A stretch of 61,192 nt of DNA, counting the filler. It is 6 parts of 6 records of this genome, joined end to end, with 100 filler letters (N's around TTAATTAATTAA, not from the genome) between each part and the next. Parts side by side here need not be neighbours in the genome. Positions count along the whole stretch, not along the records: positions 47,067 to 54,998 come from SRR2962707_3215; positions 55,099 to 61,192 come from SRR2962707_3233; 4 more parts are not named here. One strand, written 5' to 3'. The position numbers and the translations under genes were made by a program. This document shows, in pieces, positions 47,685-59,223 of this stretch (the stretch's first letter is position 1; every line of letters starts with the position of its first letter). The notes beneath the pieces are model-generated. The model saw only the letters and a list, made by a program, of their open reading frames with translations, ran no database searches and had not been told where the DNA came from.

Positions 47685-50600
47685 TCACAGTTTCTTCGCC
47701 CGATCCTTGAACATCATTGCCAACAATGCGCATAGACGAAAGCCAACTCCCCAGCCGAGACATATCCCAATATTCATTGCGTACGTGTCGAGGTGGTATC
47801 CGTAAGTGGTCTCAAGAAATTCGTCAAAGTCGATACCAGAGCGCTCAACACGGTCCGCCCATTCGGTAGCCTGTGAACACACGTTGAAACAAAAGTACCT
47901 CGTAAAGAACCTTGTGCCCCAAATCATTTCCAAGGCAGGTGTGACTTGAAATCTAACAATCGACTTCATTGGGCAACCACGCACCTCGCCCACGTAAAAG
48001 GCCTCCAACGCATATCGAAGATACGACACGTGGTAGAAATAGCGCAATGGAATCACTTTGTGGTCCAAACTCGCAAGCGGCGGCATTCCGCCCGCAAAAC
48101 ATGTCAGGGCAAAAACCGCCACAACCCCAATCAACTGGTTGAGTGACTCCGGAGCGATGATTGATACCAAAAAACTAATTCCTATAAGGACCACGGCGTC
48201 ACCAAAGTAAGCCCCTTGAAATTCTCCAACAGCAGCATTAGCATGAATGTCATGCGGGCAAAAAAACCAAAGACAATCACTGCAACCGCAGCACGTGATT
48301 CTATGACTGATAAGATATGCAAGGTTGCCCGCAAGAACGCACCGGCCGTGGCATAGTACACAGCCAGTATCGGAAGGTAAAAAGTCCCAAGAGACGCCAA
48401 AGGCGCTGTTAGAGCATGAAGCACTGACGTGAACAGTAGAGGCCCGACAATGCACTGGGGAAGCACAGCGATGTCTTTTGCCAAGAAGTAAGCAATGGAC
48501 TGCTTGTACCTGCAAATCACATTGGCAACAACAACAGCACAATGACCTTGCCGCTGCACGTGGATCTCCGGAGGCCCCAAAATGCACGCCGGGGCAGCGC
48601 ACGTCACATTGTTTTCAAACGTCAAAAACTCACGTTGCAAGACCAGCATTTTCGCGGAAATACACGGTCCTCTCATGGCTGAACACCTTCATGAAAGCTG
48701 TGACCGAGGTAAGACCGACAGCAATGCAACACATGCTGCCACGCGATAAAATCTGGTCACCAAGAGCCAGCGACACAGGTGGTAGCACATCAGCAAGGTC
48801 ACCCGGGCACCCAAAAAAACTCTCTTTCGGGTCACCAAGAGACATCCAAGCGCAGTACTCGCACGCCTGATCAGCGCTCGATGATGACGATGTTGTAGGC
48901 CCAAATCCATCGTCCAAGTGTGTGTTACCGCGCCCTTGTGACTTGTCAAAGTACAGCAGCCCCAGAAAAACAGCAGCAAAGACAACAACAAGAAAGTCAG
49001 CCAGAATGGCACCTGCATTCCGCCTTTGCTGTATGAGCGCACGTCCCAAGTAGAGGGCGCACAGCGGAAACAAATTCAATTGCGGACGATGAACGCTCGG
49101 AAGAGCAGCCCCAAGCGGTTGCTCCCCTGATTGTTTAGGTTGACCACGCCCTCCCGAATCATTGCCGGTATTCAGCCCCCCAAATTGAATCCACAGCTGA
49201 AAAAGGTCAGCGCTTCCACTGTTGGAGTCTGTGCTTGCATGATTGTCTGCGGGCCCATCGTAGGCTGGTTCAGCCTCATCAACGCCATCACCGGAGTTGC
49301 GACTGATCGGGAGCGAGCTCTGGCTTCGAGTGGTGGACACATCTCGCATGTACTGCCCAGCAACGACATCAAGGAGAAAGTCAGCAGGATTTGCTCTTGG
49401 TGGGCAGTGGTACCCAACGGACTCAAAGTATGGCAGCACACCTTCAGTTGGCCCCAAATACACCGTACGCCCGCCCTTGCCAAGCAAGAGCACATCATCA
49501 AACATCCGGAAGGCGTCAAAACGCGGCTGATGGACCACAGCTACGACTGTCAACCCACGGCGAGCTATTCGACGCAAAGTCGAGCAAATGGTGAGTGACG
49601 ACGTGCTGTCCAGTCCTGTCGTTGGTTCGTCAACGAACAAAAGTTGCGGTTGTGCCACTAACTCCATGCCGATATTTACGGCTTTGCGCTTGCCACTGCT
49701 CAACTCAGATACAATAGAGTCTCGGTCCGCAACAAGTCCAAGCAGCTTGAGCGTATCTGCCACCACACTTTTCACGGAAGTATCCGTTTGGCTTCGCGGT
49801 AGCCGTGCACGGGCGCTAAAGTAAAGGTTCTCCCTTGCTGTTAGCTCCAGCATCATCACATCGTCTTGGGGAACGAATCCAGTTCGCGTTTTGTACCGAG
49901 CAAGATCATCCTCTTGCCCGTTAATGGCCACCTTGCCTGTTCGGTCGCCATAATACGCCTTTGACGTCAAAGTGGTAATGAAAGTGGTTTTCCCTGCTCC
50001 GGAAGGCCCCATGACGGCCGTTGCTCGCCCGCTATGCAATGTACCTGTTACTCCCTCCAGAATTACGCCCTGGCGAGCGTTGTCTGAGGCAGCTTTTTTT
50101 CGACTCCCAGCACAAGACTTTCTTTGCGATTTGAGGCGCAGGCCCAAATTTTCAAACGAAATATCAATAGGACCATGGCCGGATGGCAAATCTGTCACAG
50201 TAGCAGCAGGAGCTTCTTCCGCATTGTTCTCATCACTGAACTCTACGTCGATGGCCTTTGACTCCGCAGTGATGTCAACTACCCTGGAGGTGAGCGAGGT
50301 CACTCCCTTTTCAGTAGTGCCGCTTTCGTCGACAGAGGGTCGTTTTCGGCCGTCTCGGACACGACGTACTCTATTTGTCGCCAACGAAGCAGGTGCGTCG
50401 CTAGTGCCAATGGGTGGAACGGCGGAGGAGACAGCAACCACCACCGCTCGCCGTCGTTGAGAAGTTACACCAGTTGGGGTGGTGTGCCGCACGCGTGGAA
50501 CAACTTTTAAAGCCAGCAGCGTCGCTAGCATTAAACTCGCGATCATGACGATCACAGTCAGGCGTATTGGCGTTGCAGAAGCTTGTGGGCAAACATCAAG

Positions 50601-53600
50601 CATGCTACAAGGCACTGGCGCAATTGAACCCTCTGGACAAAAAGTGCCACTTGGGCATACCAATTGTGCAGTAACGTTCGGACAGTACGCGCCAGCTTCA
50701 CACAGACGTGCCGTTGCCGAACCAGCAGGGCAAAATGACCCATTGGAGCACGGGAGTTTGGTCCCATCCTGTGAACGACAAAAGTATCCGGCGGGACACA
50801 AAGACGATGCTGAAACTGTTCCACCAGGACACGAAACAGCAAAGGTTCCTGACTCATTTTGAATGAATCTGCTGCAAGCTGCTGGAAGTAAGACCGAGGA
50901 ATTGCTGCAAAAAAAGCCCGCGGGGCACGCGAGCTCATTCGCAGGACTTAGGGTCGATATATTCGTGCTGCTGCTGGTGCTCCGAGCAAGTGGGCACCAA
51001 GCACCTTGGGGGCAGAGGTAAGCAGCTCTGACATCAAAAAAATCGGATGCGGCATCAACTGAGCCACTTACCCGGTAGAGTTGCTGAATTTTATCCTGGA
51101 CCTCATTTGCGTCATAAAAGTCAATGACTGGTTGAACTTCGAATGGCTTTGTCACTTCTTCTGAGCTATTCTGCGCGGCATTCGGGCCCTCAGGCGTGAG
51201 GGTTCCGGCGGTTGGTGGCACGAACGATTGAACTTCCAACTTGTTTGGGTGCTTTGTAACCGCTGCAGCTGCTCCGGGTCGAACAGGTATTGGGGCAACG
51301 TGAGGGGCATGGCAGAGATAGCCTTCGGGGCAAGGCAATGGCTCCGACAGACCCACGTCGTAGCATGTTGTGGTTGAAGTTGGGTCAAGTGGGCAACGTA
51401 CAGGCAACGATAGGCCTTCGTTTGGGCAAAAAAATCCTCGAGGACACGGAACGGAAATGCCAGCGCTGCAGTAGAACCCACGAGCACATGCTGCGACATC
51501 GAAGTGAAAATCAGAATGGAAACCCGGGCTAATTTCGGTCACATTTTCCTGGTTAAAGGATGTGCAGAGTGTGCCAGTAATGCAGGCACTTGCAGTCATG
51601 ACAAAGTCGTCGGCACGTGGGAATCTAGGGACGCTCGTGGCATCCATTGCTTGAAAACACGCGGGAATAAAAGGCTCAAGGAAAGGGTCCGAAATATCTT
51701 CAGCCAACCGTGCACAGATCTCAACAATGCGCTCCATGGAGAGTAACTCCCAACGCTCACGGCTGGTTTTGATGAACAGATGTTGTCCATTTGGTGAAGA
51801 TGACATGCTATCAACATTCCCCAAAACAGAAAGTTTGTTGACACGCTGGAGTGACAGAAGTGGGACCTCAACAGTTGACGTATTGGATGTTGTGCCTAAC
51901 GCAGACGTCACAAGAGATTCATATGGAAGAGCTGTCGTACTTAACGGCTCCGAAGTGACTTGTTTGTTGCCATCCAGGCTTGAATCGCCATCTTGAGACG
52001 ATACATCGACAGTTGCTGATGTGCATTCCTGGGGCATGGACGAAGCATGAAATGTGTGCACGCTGCGGTCTTGATCAGCAAAGTGCAACACGTAATGGAG
52101 TCCATAGAGCCGTTCAACGTCGTCGGCATCAAAGTTGTCGATTGCAGTGGAGTCAGTGACGCCACCCACACCAAGCAGTGAAAGAAAGCTGGATGGATTC
52201 GATGACAAGCCACTCAAGGCATCTTGATACGTGGAAAGAGCGTTTGTTGAACAGCTTTCAGGGGCAGACGACTCCAAACAACTCACCAAGTCTGTAGCCG
52301 TCGCACTTGCATCGTCCGAACTCACGCCAATTCCCTGAAGCCCGTCTTCGACACTTGACATATCGCCGAATTGATCCACTACACCAGCTGGGGTCGAAGA
52401 CAAGTTTAGTTCACCGATTATTTCTGCGAACTGGGTGGCAACGGCCCGCCATGCTGAAGACATCGATTCTATCCGCACTGATGGCTCGGGGAACCTGTAC
52501 GAGTCGACAAGTTGAGCGGAGGATGCCCCATTCGATGACACAGCGCAAGAGACCGTTGGAGTACGGGCTTTCGCAAAAGGACCTGGGGTTGTTTGGAACT
52601 TAGTGGCTGTGCATTGGCAGCCACGACAATCGCAGCTGCTTTCAGCCTCCAGGGTCGCACACGTAAAGTTGAAAGCAACTAACGCAATCAAATCATCGCA
52701 ATTGAGTCCGCGTTGGCAGTTTGGTGACTCGCAAACAGAGGCATTCGGAGCAAATAACGGTGTTGGTGTTGTGGAATTCTGCGGGCCACACGCAGCAGGT
52801 AAACCGCAAGGGTTCATTGTGTCTGGGATCGAGGTGTTGCCCATTGAGTTGAAAGCTGTGAGAGCGAAGGTCAAAATGCGAGCTGCATCGTCGACCGTTG
52901 CATTATCTGCATCATTTTCGGTGTACACCGGCAATCGTTTGGGGTTCAGTGCTACTACAAGCCACGCGGCTTGCGCACTCGGGGGACCTTTTCCCAAGTA
53001 CGAAGCCAGACTCAGTGGAGACTGCAATTTCGGCCAACGGTTCACAATAAACTCAGCTGCCGCAATATTATACGTTGAGGAGGAAACTGACTCAGAGTCA
53101 TCAAGGCCCAAGTCAATCAACTGGGATGTGTTAAACAGTGTCCAGAACAACGGGCCATGAGGTGAGGTGTCCAACCGCACAGCGCCCGTACTCTGCGGCA
53201 GAGTGTCGATGTCCATATCATCGACCAATGAAGCTGTGTAGCGAATCAGGGGCGCTGCAACCATCTCATCCTCTCGAAGCGCAGTTGGCTCGCGAGAAGA
53301 TTCGCTAATTCGCCGCTCAAAGTCCAGCGTGATATTTGCATCCTGCGTTCTGTGAATGGGGATGAAGGTCCCATTGGTCCCAGTTGTGTCATTGCCAAAC
53401 TCATCCGCAAAAGCAAACGCCAACACTCCGTCAGTTGTGACCACTGTAACAATTGTCTGAGCCTTCGCGCAAGTGCTATCCAATGCCGTCACTCCATGAA
53501 GATTGTCAGGTTTGAAAAATGTTTGTACATCATCGCTGTTTCCGTAATCACATTGCCAATGATGTCGGGTTGCCTTCAGAGAAAGAACACGGCTCGTCAA

Positions 53601-54998
53601 CGTAAAATTCCACAGCAGTGTTGTTCTCGACACAGAACCGTTGAAAAGACGCAAAAAGACCATCCCATCAAACACTTGGTCGCCTTCTGCTGAAGGAGCA
53701 CCTCGGTAGCGAGATATTGGGACTCCAATAATATAAGCTTCGTCAACCACGAAACTTAGGAGGAGATCGTTGTTGCTAAGACCACGATAGATTGCCATGT
53801 TCTGCAAGCGAACATCGAGTGAGTCGACGGAAAACACGAAACGACGATTGACCGTTTGCGGTTCTTCGGTACGGCCTCGCACATTCATGGTGGCAGATTG
53901 GTTTGTCGAATTTCTGAGCGGGGTCGATGTCGTCGCTGAGGGCCCTGTTGTTTGGTTTTGGGCGTTCAAATTGGCGCCGGTATCTGACACGGATGTATTC
54001 GAAACGTAGCGCAGACGAAGTCGAGCTGACGCGTCGACATGAACTGAGTCACTTGTGACAACGTTGCAAGCTTGAACGATAAAATAGTTCGCGGGTTGTT
54101 CAAGATCAGGAACCGCGGCTTGCATAGCAACGCGGCCAGGAACATGTGTTTCGTTACGGTCACTCCAAATTTCCTGTTCTGTGACAGGGTTTACAATGAC
54201 TGTCAGCGACGACCCAGTTGGTTGGGCTTTGGCAATGACAAAGTGCGTGACCCCGTCAGGTGCCGATGGAATTTTCGATGATGGCTCATTGTACGGCGAA
54301 GAATCTGGGAGTGCGGCTTCAATCGCGCTGAACGCATCAACCAAACGACAGCTGGCATCCCAAGCCGAGGAGGGAAAACTTCCTTCCGACGATTCTTGCG
54401 TGCAGTCGTATTCAGGCTCATACTGGTCAGCCAGAGCTGGAAAGTCCGTGCCACCGATGCCAGCAGCGGAGGTCACTTCGGGCCAAGGAAGGGGACGCGG
54501 CACAATGAATGGGTTCTGGAATCGGCACCAACTCGCAGTCATTGCACGGCCTGCGGAACAGTTAAAAAAAGTGTTCTCGGTTTCGTCGCAAAGGCGATTG
54601 GCTTCGGCTTCGCACCGCGCGGTAATTTCGGACACATTGAGAGAGCTGAGTTCAGGTGGACACTGGTTGTTGTAGCACTCACGACACAAAACGTGGATGG
54701 CCTCCAGATCCCCCAGGCACTCGCTCGAGCAGGGATACACTTGGCAAATGCTGTCGGCACTTGACAGCGCCGACGACAAATCTTGTACCCGAGAAACGCA
54801 GTCAGTCGCGGTCTGAGACACATTTTGGGGCAAAATATCGTCCAAGTCGCTGATGTTGACCGGCAAGTCAGAAGGCACGCCATCCAGGAGATCTCCCAGA
54901 TCCTGGCCCAAGCCAAGCGCGGCAAGAAAAGCGCACGCAACCGTGCACTGCAGCAACAAACAACAACCTTGTCGTCGTCGTCGTCGTCGTTGTTGTTG
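47685..54998 (-). CDS. Eukaryotic ABCG half-transporter with giant N-terminal ectodomain; exons >54998-48634, 48509-48343, 48181-47985, 47870-47685; 5'-truncated
   Basis: Walker A GPSGAGKTT, Walker B LLFVDEPTTGLD, VVHQP, NPADF; three GT-AG introns join three ORF-track frames into one ABC2 membrane domain. Confidence 0.88.
47871..47984 (-). other. Spliceosomal intron 3 (114 bp, phase 0, stop-free)
   Basis: GAG|GTGCGT...TTCACAG|GCT; removal gives FYVGE-ATEW. Confidence 0.7.
48182..48342 (-). other. Spliceosomal intron 2 (161 bp)
   Basis: G|GTGCGT...CCTTATAG|GA; gives YYATAG-ISFLVSII in frame. Confidence 0.8.
48510..48633 (-). other. Spliceosomal intron 1 (124 bp)
   Basis: AC|GTGAGT...TTTGCAG|G; removes the stop ending the 2109-aa ORF and gives GLAT-YKQSIAYFLAKD. 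Confidence 0.85.
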
Positions 54999-55098
54999 NN
55001 NNNNNNNNNNNNNNNNNNNNNNNNNNNNNNNNNNNNNNNNNNTTAATTAATTAANNNNNNNNNNNNNNNNNNNNNNNNNNNNNNNNNNNNNNNNNNNN
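54999..55098. other. Artificial contig linker
   Basis: N44-TTAATTAATTAA-N44. Confidence 0.99.
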
Positions 55099-55885
55099 CG
55101 GGAATCGACATGGTGCTGGACTCCAGCAGCGTCAGCGTTACCAACAGGGCAATGGTGCTGTTTTTAATGCCCAACTCCACAGCAACTGCAATGGATTCGC
55201 GCTGGGTCAGACCCACGGCGCGGCCCGCCAGGAGCCCCAGGAATATACCGGCAATGTTCAGCAGGAGGGTTGCCGGGCCGGCCTGTCGCAGCAGGTCCCA
55301 GATCTGGTCGCGCACGCCCCAGATCAGACCGACAACCAGCAACGCCAGAACCACACCCCCGAACACGCTGACTGCGCTTTCAGCACGGCGTGAGAGCTCT
55401 GGTGCCCGGGTACGGAAGATCATCCCAATCGCCACAGGAAACAGGACAATCCCCACCAGCATGCCTACCGTTCTTCCCACCGGCAGCGTGATGGACTCCT
55501 CCGTGCCGGCATAGAGTTGAAGCGCATAGTTGGTGAACAGCGGCAGAGTCACGATGGTTATAAGGCTGGCCGTGACCGTCAACACGATCGACAGGGCAAT
55601 GTTCCCCCGGGACAGCAACACGAACAGGTTGGAGGTAGTGCCGCCCGGACAGGCCGCAATGATCACCAGCCCCACGGCAATGGCCGATGACAGGTCGAGC
55701 ATGGAGGCAATGGCAAAGGCCACCATGGGCATGAGCAGTATCTGGGCAACGGTACCCACCACCATCCCTTTTGGATACACAGCCACTTGGCGGAAGTCCC
55801 TGACCGTCAGGGTCATACCTATACCGATCATGATAATAAACAGGGCAATCGGCAGCCCCGCAGAGATCAGTGGACTCGATTCCAC
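55099..55885 (-). CDS. Bile acid:sodium symporter family protein, 3'-truncated
   Basis: ACPGGTTSN, ELGIKN; GTG start after GGAGG. Confidence 0.92.
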
Positions 55886-56152
55886 AAAGCCTCCAAGGAT
55901 TGTTGTTGTGATTAGATTAGCCAGCTAGTGAAAATAGCATAAGCCACCGAAAAAGAGTGAATGTGGATTCGCAACAACATGTAATTGCAGGAAGGACAGG
56001 AATGGGATTGCGCGCAAAAACCTGAACCTTTCAACCTGCTTGTTCGTGTGATTGTCCTGGTTGTTGCGTATACTTTCGAACAACAACTATACGAATCCAA
56101 ACGCATCAGATTCAGTGCAGTTTGGCAGCTTCATAAAGCAAGAGGACGATCA

Positions 56153-57604
56153 ATGAAACGCCTGGGCACACTGGACGCTTCCTGGTTGGCGGTGGAATCG
56201 GAAGACACCCCGATGCACGTCGGCAACCTGCAGATTTTTTCACTACCGGAAGATGCTCCGGAGACGTTTCTAAGAGACATGCTCGCCCGCATGAAAGCCG
56301 ATGCCGATGTAGCGCCGCCCTGGTGCTACAAGCTCGCCTTTTCGGGGTTCCTGGGCCGCCTGGTCGCCCCGTCCTGGAAGGTCGACAAGAAGCTGGATCT
56401 CGACTACCACGTTCGACACTCGGCGTTGCCGCGCCCCGGCAGTGAACGGGAACTTGGCATCCTGGTATCCAGGCTGCATTCCAACCCGCTGGATTTCTCC
56501 CGCCCGCTGTGGGAATGCCACATTATCGAGGGCCTGGAGAACAACCGTTTTGCCCTCTACACCAAGATGCATCACTCCATGATTGATGGCATCAGCGGTG
56601 TTCGGCTGATGCAGCGGGTGCTCAGCAAGGACCCCGGTGAGATTAATATGCTGCCGCCATGGTCGGTACGCCCGGAACGGACACGGGGCAGCAAGACAGA
56701 TTCCGAAGCCAGCATTTCAGCCGCCCTGTCCCAGGCCATGGAAGCCCTGAGAATTCAGGCCGACATGGCACCGAGGCTCTGGAATGCGATGAACCGCCTG
56801 ATCCAGTCCGCACGGCACCCGGAAGAGGGGCTGACCGCGCCCTTTGCCGGCCCGGTTTCCGCCCTCAATCACCGGGTCACCGGCCAGCGGCGGTTTGCCA
56901 CCCAGCACTACCAGCTCGAGCGGATCAAAAAGGTCGCCCAGGCGTCCAACGGTTCCCTGAACGACATTGTGCTCTACCTCTGTGGCACTGCCCTGCGCCG
57001 CTTTCTTGTTGAACAGGATGGTTTGCCGGATACGCCACTCACCGCCGGAATTCCGGTGAATATCCGCCCCTCCGACGACCAGGGCACGGGTACCCAGATC
57101 AGCTTCATGATTGCCTCACTGGCGACCGACGAAGCCGACCCCCTCGAGCGGCTGAAGAACATCAAACACTCTACCCGCAGGGCCAAACAACACCTTCAGA
57201 AACTGCCGCGTAAAGCCCTGACCCAATACACCATGCTGCTGATGTCGCCCTACATCCTGCAGTTGATGTCAGGCCTGGGCGGGCGAATGCGCCCGGTGTT
57301 CAACGTGACAATTTCCAATGTGCCAGGGCCAGGGGAAACCCTTTACTATGAAGGAGCACGACTGGAAGCCATGTACCCGGTTTCGCTTATTGCCCACGGC
57401 GGTGCGCTCAACATTACTTGCCTGAGCTACGCCGGCTCGCTCAACTTCGGTTTCACGGGCTGCCGCGATACCTTGCCCAGTATGCAGAAGCTGGCGGTCT
57501 ACACCGGTGAGGCGTTGGATGAACTGGAAATGCTGGTTCTCCCGCCTGATACCGCCACTCAAAAATCCGTCCGCAGAAAGGTCGCCGCCTCCAACAAAAA
57601 GTAG
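56153..57604 (+). CDS. Wax ester synthase/diacylglycerol acyltransferase (Marinobacter WS2-like)
   Basis: HHSMIDG catalytic motif, PLW, NVTISNVPGP; N-terminus MKRLGTLDASWLAVESEDTPMHVG as in Marinobacter WS2. Confidence 0.95.
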   Translation: MKRLGTLDASWLAVESEDTPMHVGNLQIFSLPEDAPETFLRDMLARMKADADVAPPWCYKLAFSGFLGRLVAPSWKVDKKLDLDYHVRHSALPRPGSERELGILVSRLHSNPLDFSRPLWECHIIEGLENNRFALYTKMHHSMIDGISGVRLMQRVLSKDPGEINMLPPWSVRPERTRGSKTDSEASISAALSQAMEALRIQADMAPRLWNAMNRLIQSARHPEEGLTAPFAGPVSALNHRVTGQRRFATQHYQLERIKKVAQASNGSLNDIVLYLCGTALRRFLVEQDGLPDTPLTAGIPVNIRPSDDQGTGTQISFMIASLATDEADPLERLKNIKHSTRRAKQHLQKLPRKALTQYTMLLMSPYILQLMSGLGGRMRPVFNVTISNVPGPGETLYYEGARLEAMYPVSLIAHGGALNITCLSYAGSLNFGFTGCRDTLPSMQKLAVYTGEALDELEMLVLPPDTATQKSVRRKVAASNKK

Positions 57605-57633
57605 CGCAACACCTGAGAACGGGAGCCAATGCC

Positions 57634-58404
57634 ATGTCCGAACAACTTTCAATTCCGTCAAAAAGAGATCAGGTCAGCAAGGAAGAATGGCAACTCCGGG
57701 TCGATCTCGCCGCGGCCTATCGTCTGGTCGCCCTGTACGGCTGGGACGATCTGGTATTCACCCATATCTCCGCACGGATACCCGGTGACGAGCACCACTT
57801 TCTTATTAATCCATACGGTATGATGTTCGAGGAAATTACAGCCTCCAGCCTGGTGCGAGTGGATCAGGACGCCAACAAGATCAACCCCGACGACTTCGAT
57901 ATCAATCCCGCGGGTTTTACCATCCATAGCGCCATCCACCAGGTCAGGGACGATGCCGCCTGCGTCATGCATTTGCACACCACCGACGGTATTGCTGTAT
58001 CCGCCCAACAGGAGGGCCTGCTGCCGCTATCCCAGCAGAGCCTGTTTGCACTGGCGAGCCTGTCGTATCACGACTATGAAGGTGTGGCGCTAAGGGAAGA
58101 CGAGAAGGCCCGCCTGCAAAAGGATCTCGGTAATACCAATTTCATGATTCTTCGCAACCACGGCCTGCTGACCACCGGCTCCAGTATTCCCGATGCCTTC
58201 CTGGCCATGTACATACTGCAAACGTCCTGTCAGATTCAGATCAGGGCACTGTCGGGCGATCGCCCACTGACGCCAATTCCTGCCGGCATTGTGGATACCA
58301 TCCGGCAACAGGCGGATCAGGTGACCAAAGGCCTGGGCGGCAAGCTGGCCTGGCCGGGCCTGCTTCGCAAGCTCGACCGCATCGACGCCAGTTTCCGGGA
58401 ATAA
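57634..58404 (+). CDS. Class II aldolase/adducin family protein
   Basis: THISAR, IHSAIH, MHLHT, LRNHGLL. Confidence 0.92.
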   Translation: MSEQLSIPSKRDQVSKEEWQLRVDLAAAYRLVALYGWDDLVFTHISARIPGDEHHFLINPYGMMFEEITASSLVRVDQDANKINPDDFDINPAGFTIHSAIHQVRDDAACVMHLHTTDGIAVSAQQEGLLPLSQQSLFALASLSYHDYEGVALREDEKARLQKDLGNTNFMILRNHGLLTTGSSIPDAFLAMYILQTSCQIQIRALSGDRPLTPIPAGIVDTIRQQADQVTKGLGGKLAWPGLLRKLDRIDASFRE

Positions 58405-58414
58405 GAGTTGACCT

Positions 58415-59041
58415 TCATGGGCGACTCTTCCAGTTGGCTGCGCCCACAAATATCAGCTGTAGAAAGCGTGCGGTTCGCTGCCGCACCTGTTCTTCCTGAT
58501 AGTCGTCGTCGGGAGAGATCCCCAGGATGTCCGTCAGGCTGAAAGCCACACTGCGCACCACCAGGTCGCAGGTCATATCCAGATCGGCATCGCTCAGGTG
58601 ATCCGCCACTTTCAGACGCCGAAGATCATTGGCCAGTTCGCTGGCAAAATAACGCATTTCGCTGCGGATGCCTTCCTGTACCGCCCGGCTCTCCCCCGCC
58701 AGCCCCTGGGCCATAAACATGAAAAAGCTGCGATTATTGCGGGCATGGGAGATAAAAATACCAACTGATTCGTCGATCAGTTTGTCCGCCTGCAATACGT
58801 TCGCCCGCGCCTCGCGCATCATCCGTCGAAGCACCAGCCCCAATTCGTCCACCAACTGCAGCCCAAGGTCATCCATGTTGCGGAAGTGCCGGTAAAAAGA
58901 CGTCGGCACCACGCCTGCCTGTCGGGTGACTTCGCGGATGCCCAGGCTGGCAAAGTGCCGCCCCTTTCCCACCAAGGCCAATGCGGCGTTCATCAGTTTC
59001 TCGCGGGTTTCACCCGGCTTACGTCGTTGTTTTTCTGCCAT
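58415..59041 (-). CDS. TetR family regulator, DesT/FabR-like
   Basis: SLGIREVTRQAGVVPTSFYRHFRNMDDLGL; divergent from the desaturase operon. Confidence 0.88.
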   Translation of the reverse strand: MAEKQRRKPGETREKLMNAALALVGKGRHFASLGIREVTRQAGVVPTSFYRHFRNMDDLGLQLVDELGLVLRRMMREARANVLQADKLIDESVGIFISHARNNRSFFMFMAQGLAGESRAVQEGIRSEMRYFASELANDLRRLKVADHLSDADLDMTCDLVVRSVAFSLTDILGISPDDDYQEEQVRQRTARFLQLIFVGAANWKSRP

Positions 59042-59071
59042 CGCCTGGAACTAGCTCATCGGTTGATCACA

Positions 59072-59202
59072 AGCCAACAAGTGTACACAGGCCCACACTA
59101 AAAATAACCCAAACTTGTCATTATAGGACAATGTTAGTGGCTTGATTGCCGCCTAACACTTCGGTGTGTACAGTCGTACACATTAGTGAACACTTGTACA
59201 CA
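59072..59202. promoter_or_regulatory. Three FabR/DesT-type operators
   Basis: AGCCAACAAGTGTACACA (59072-59089), TGTGTACAGTCGTACACA (59165-59182), AGTGAACACTTGTACACA (59185-59202). Confidence 0.8.
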
Positions 59203-59223
59203 TCAGTACAAAGGAGAGCAATC

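Noticed and set aside
47685..48676. 305-aa and 164-aa ORFs as separate genes or a frameshifted pseudogene
   Set aside because: They are exons of the ABCG gene; canonical splice sites restore one frame.
47067..54998. Eukaryote-to-bacterium transfer or a giant bacterial adhesin
   Set aside because: Separate contig with spliceosomal introns and microsatellites.
18807..55098. Five identical TTAATTAATTAA motifs flanked by Ns
   Set aside because: Artificial six-frame-stop linkers, not biological repeats; ORFs running into X or ending LIN are artefacts.
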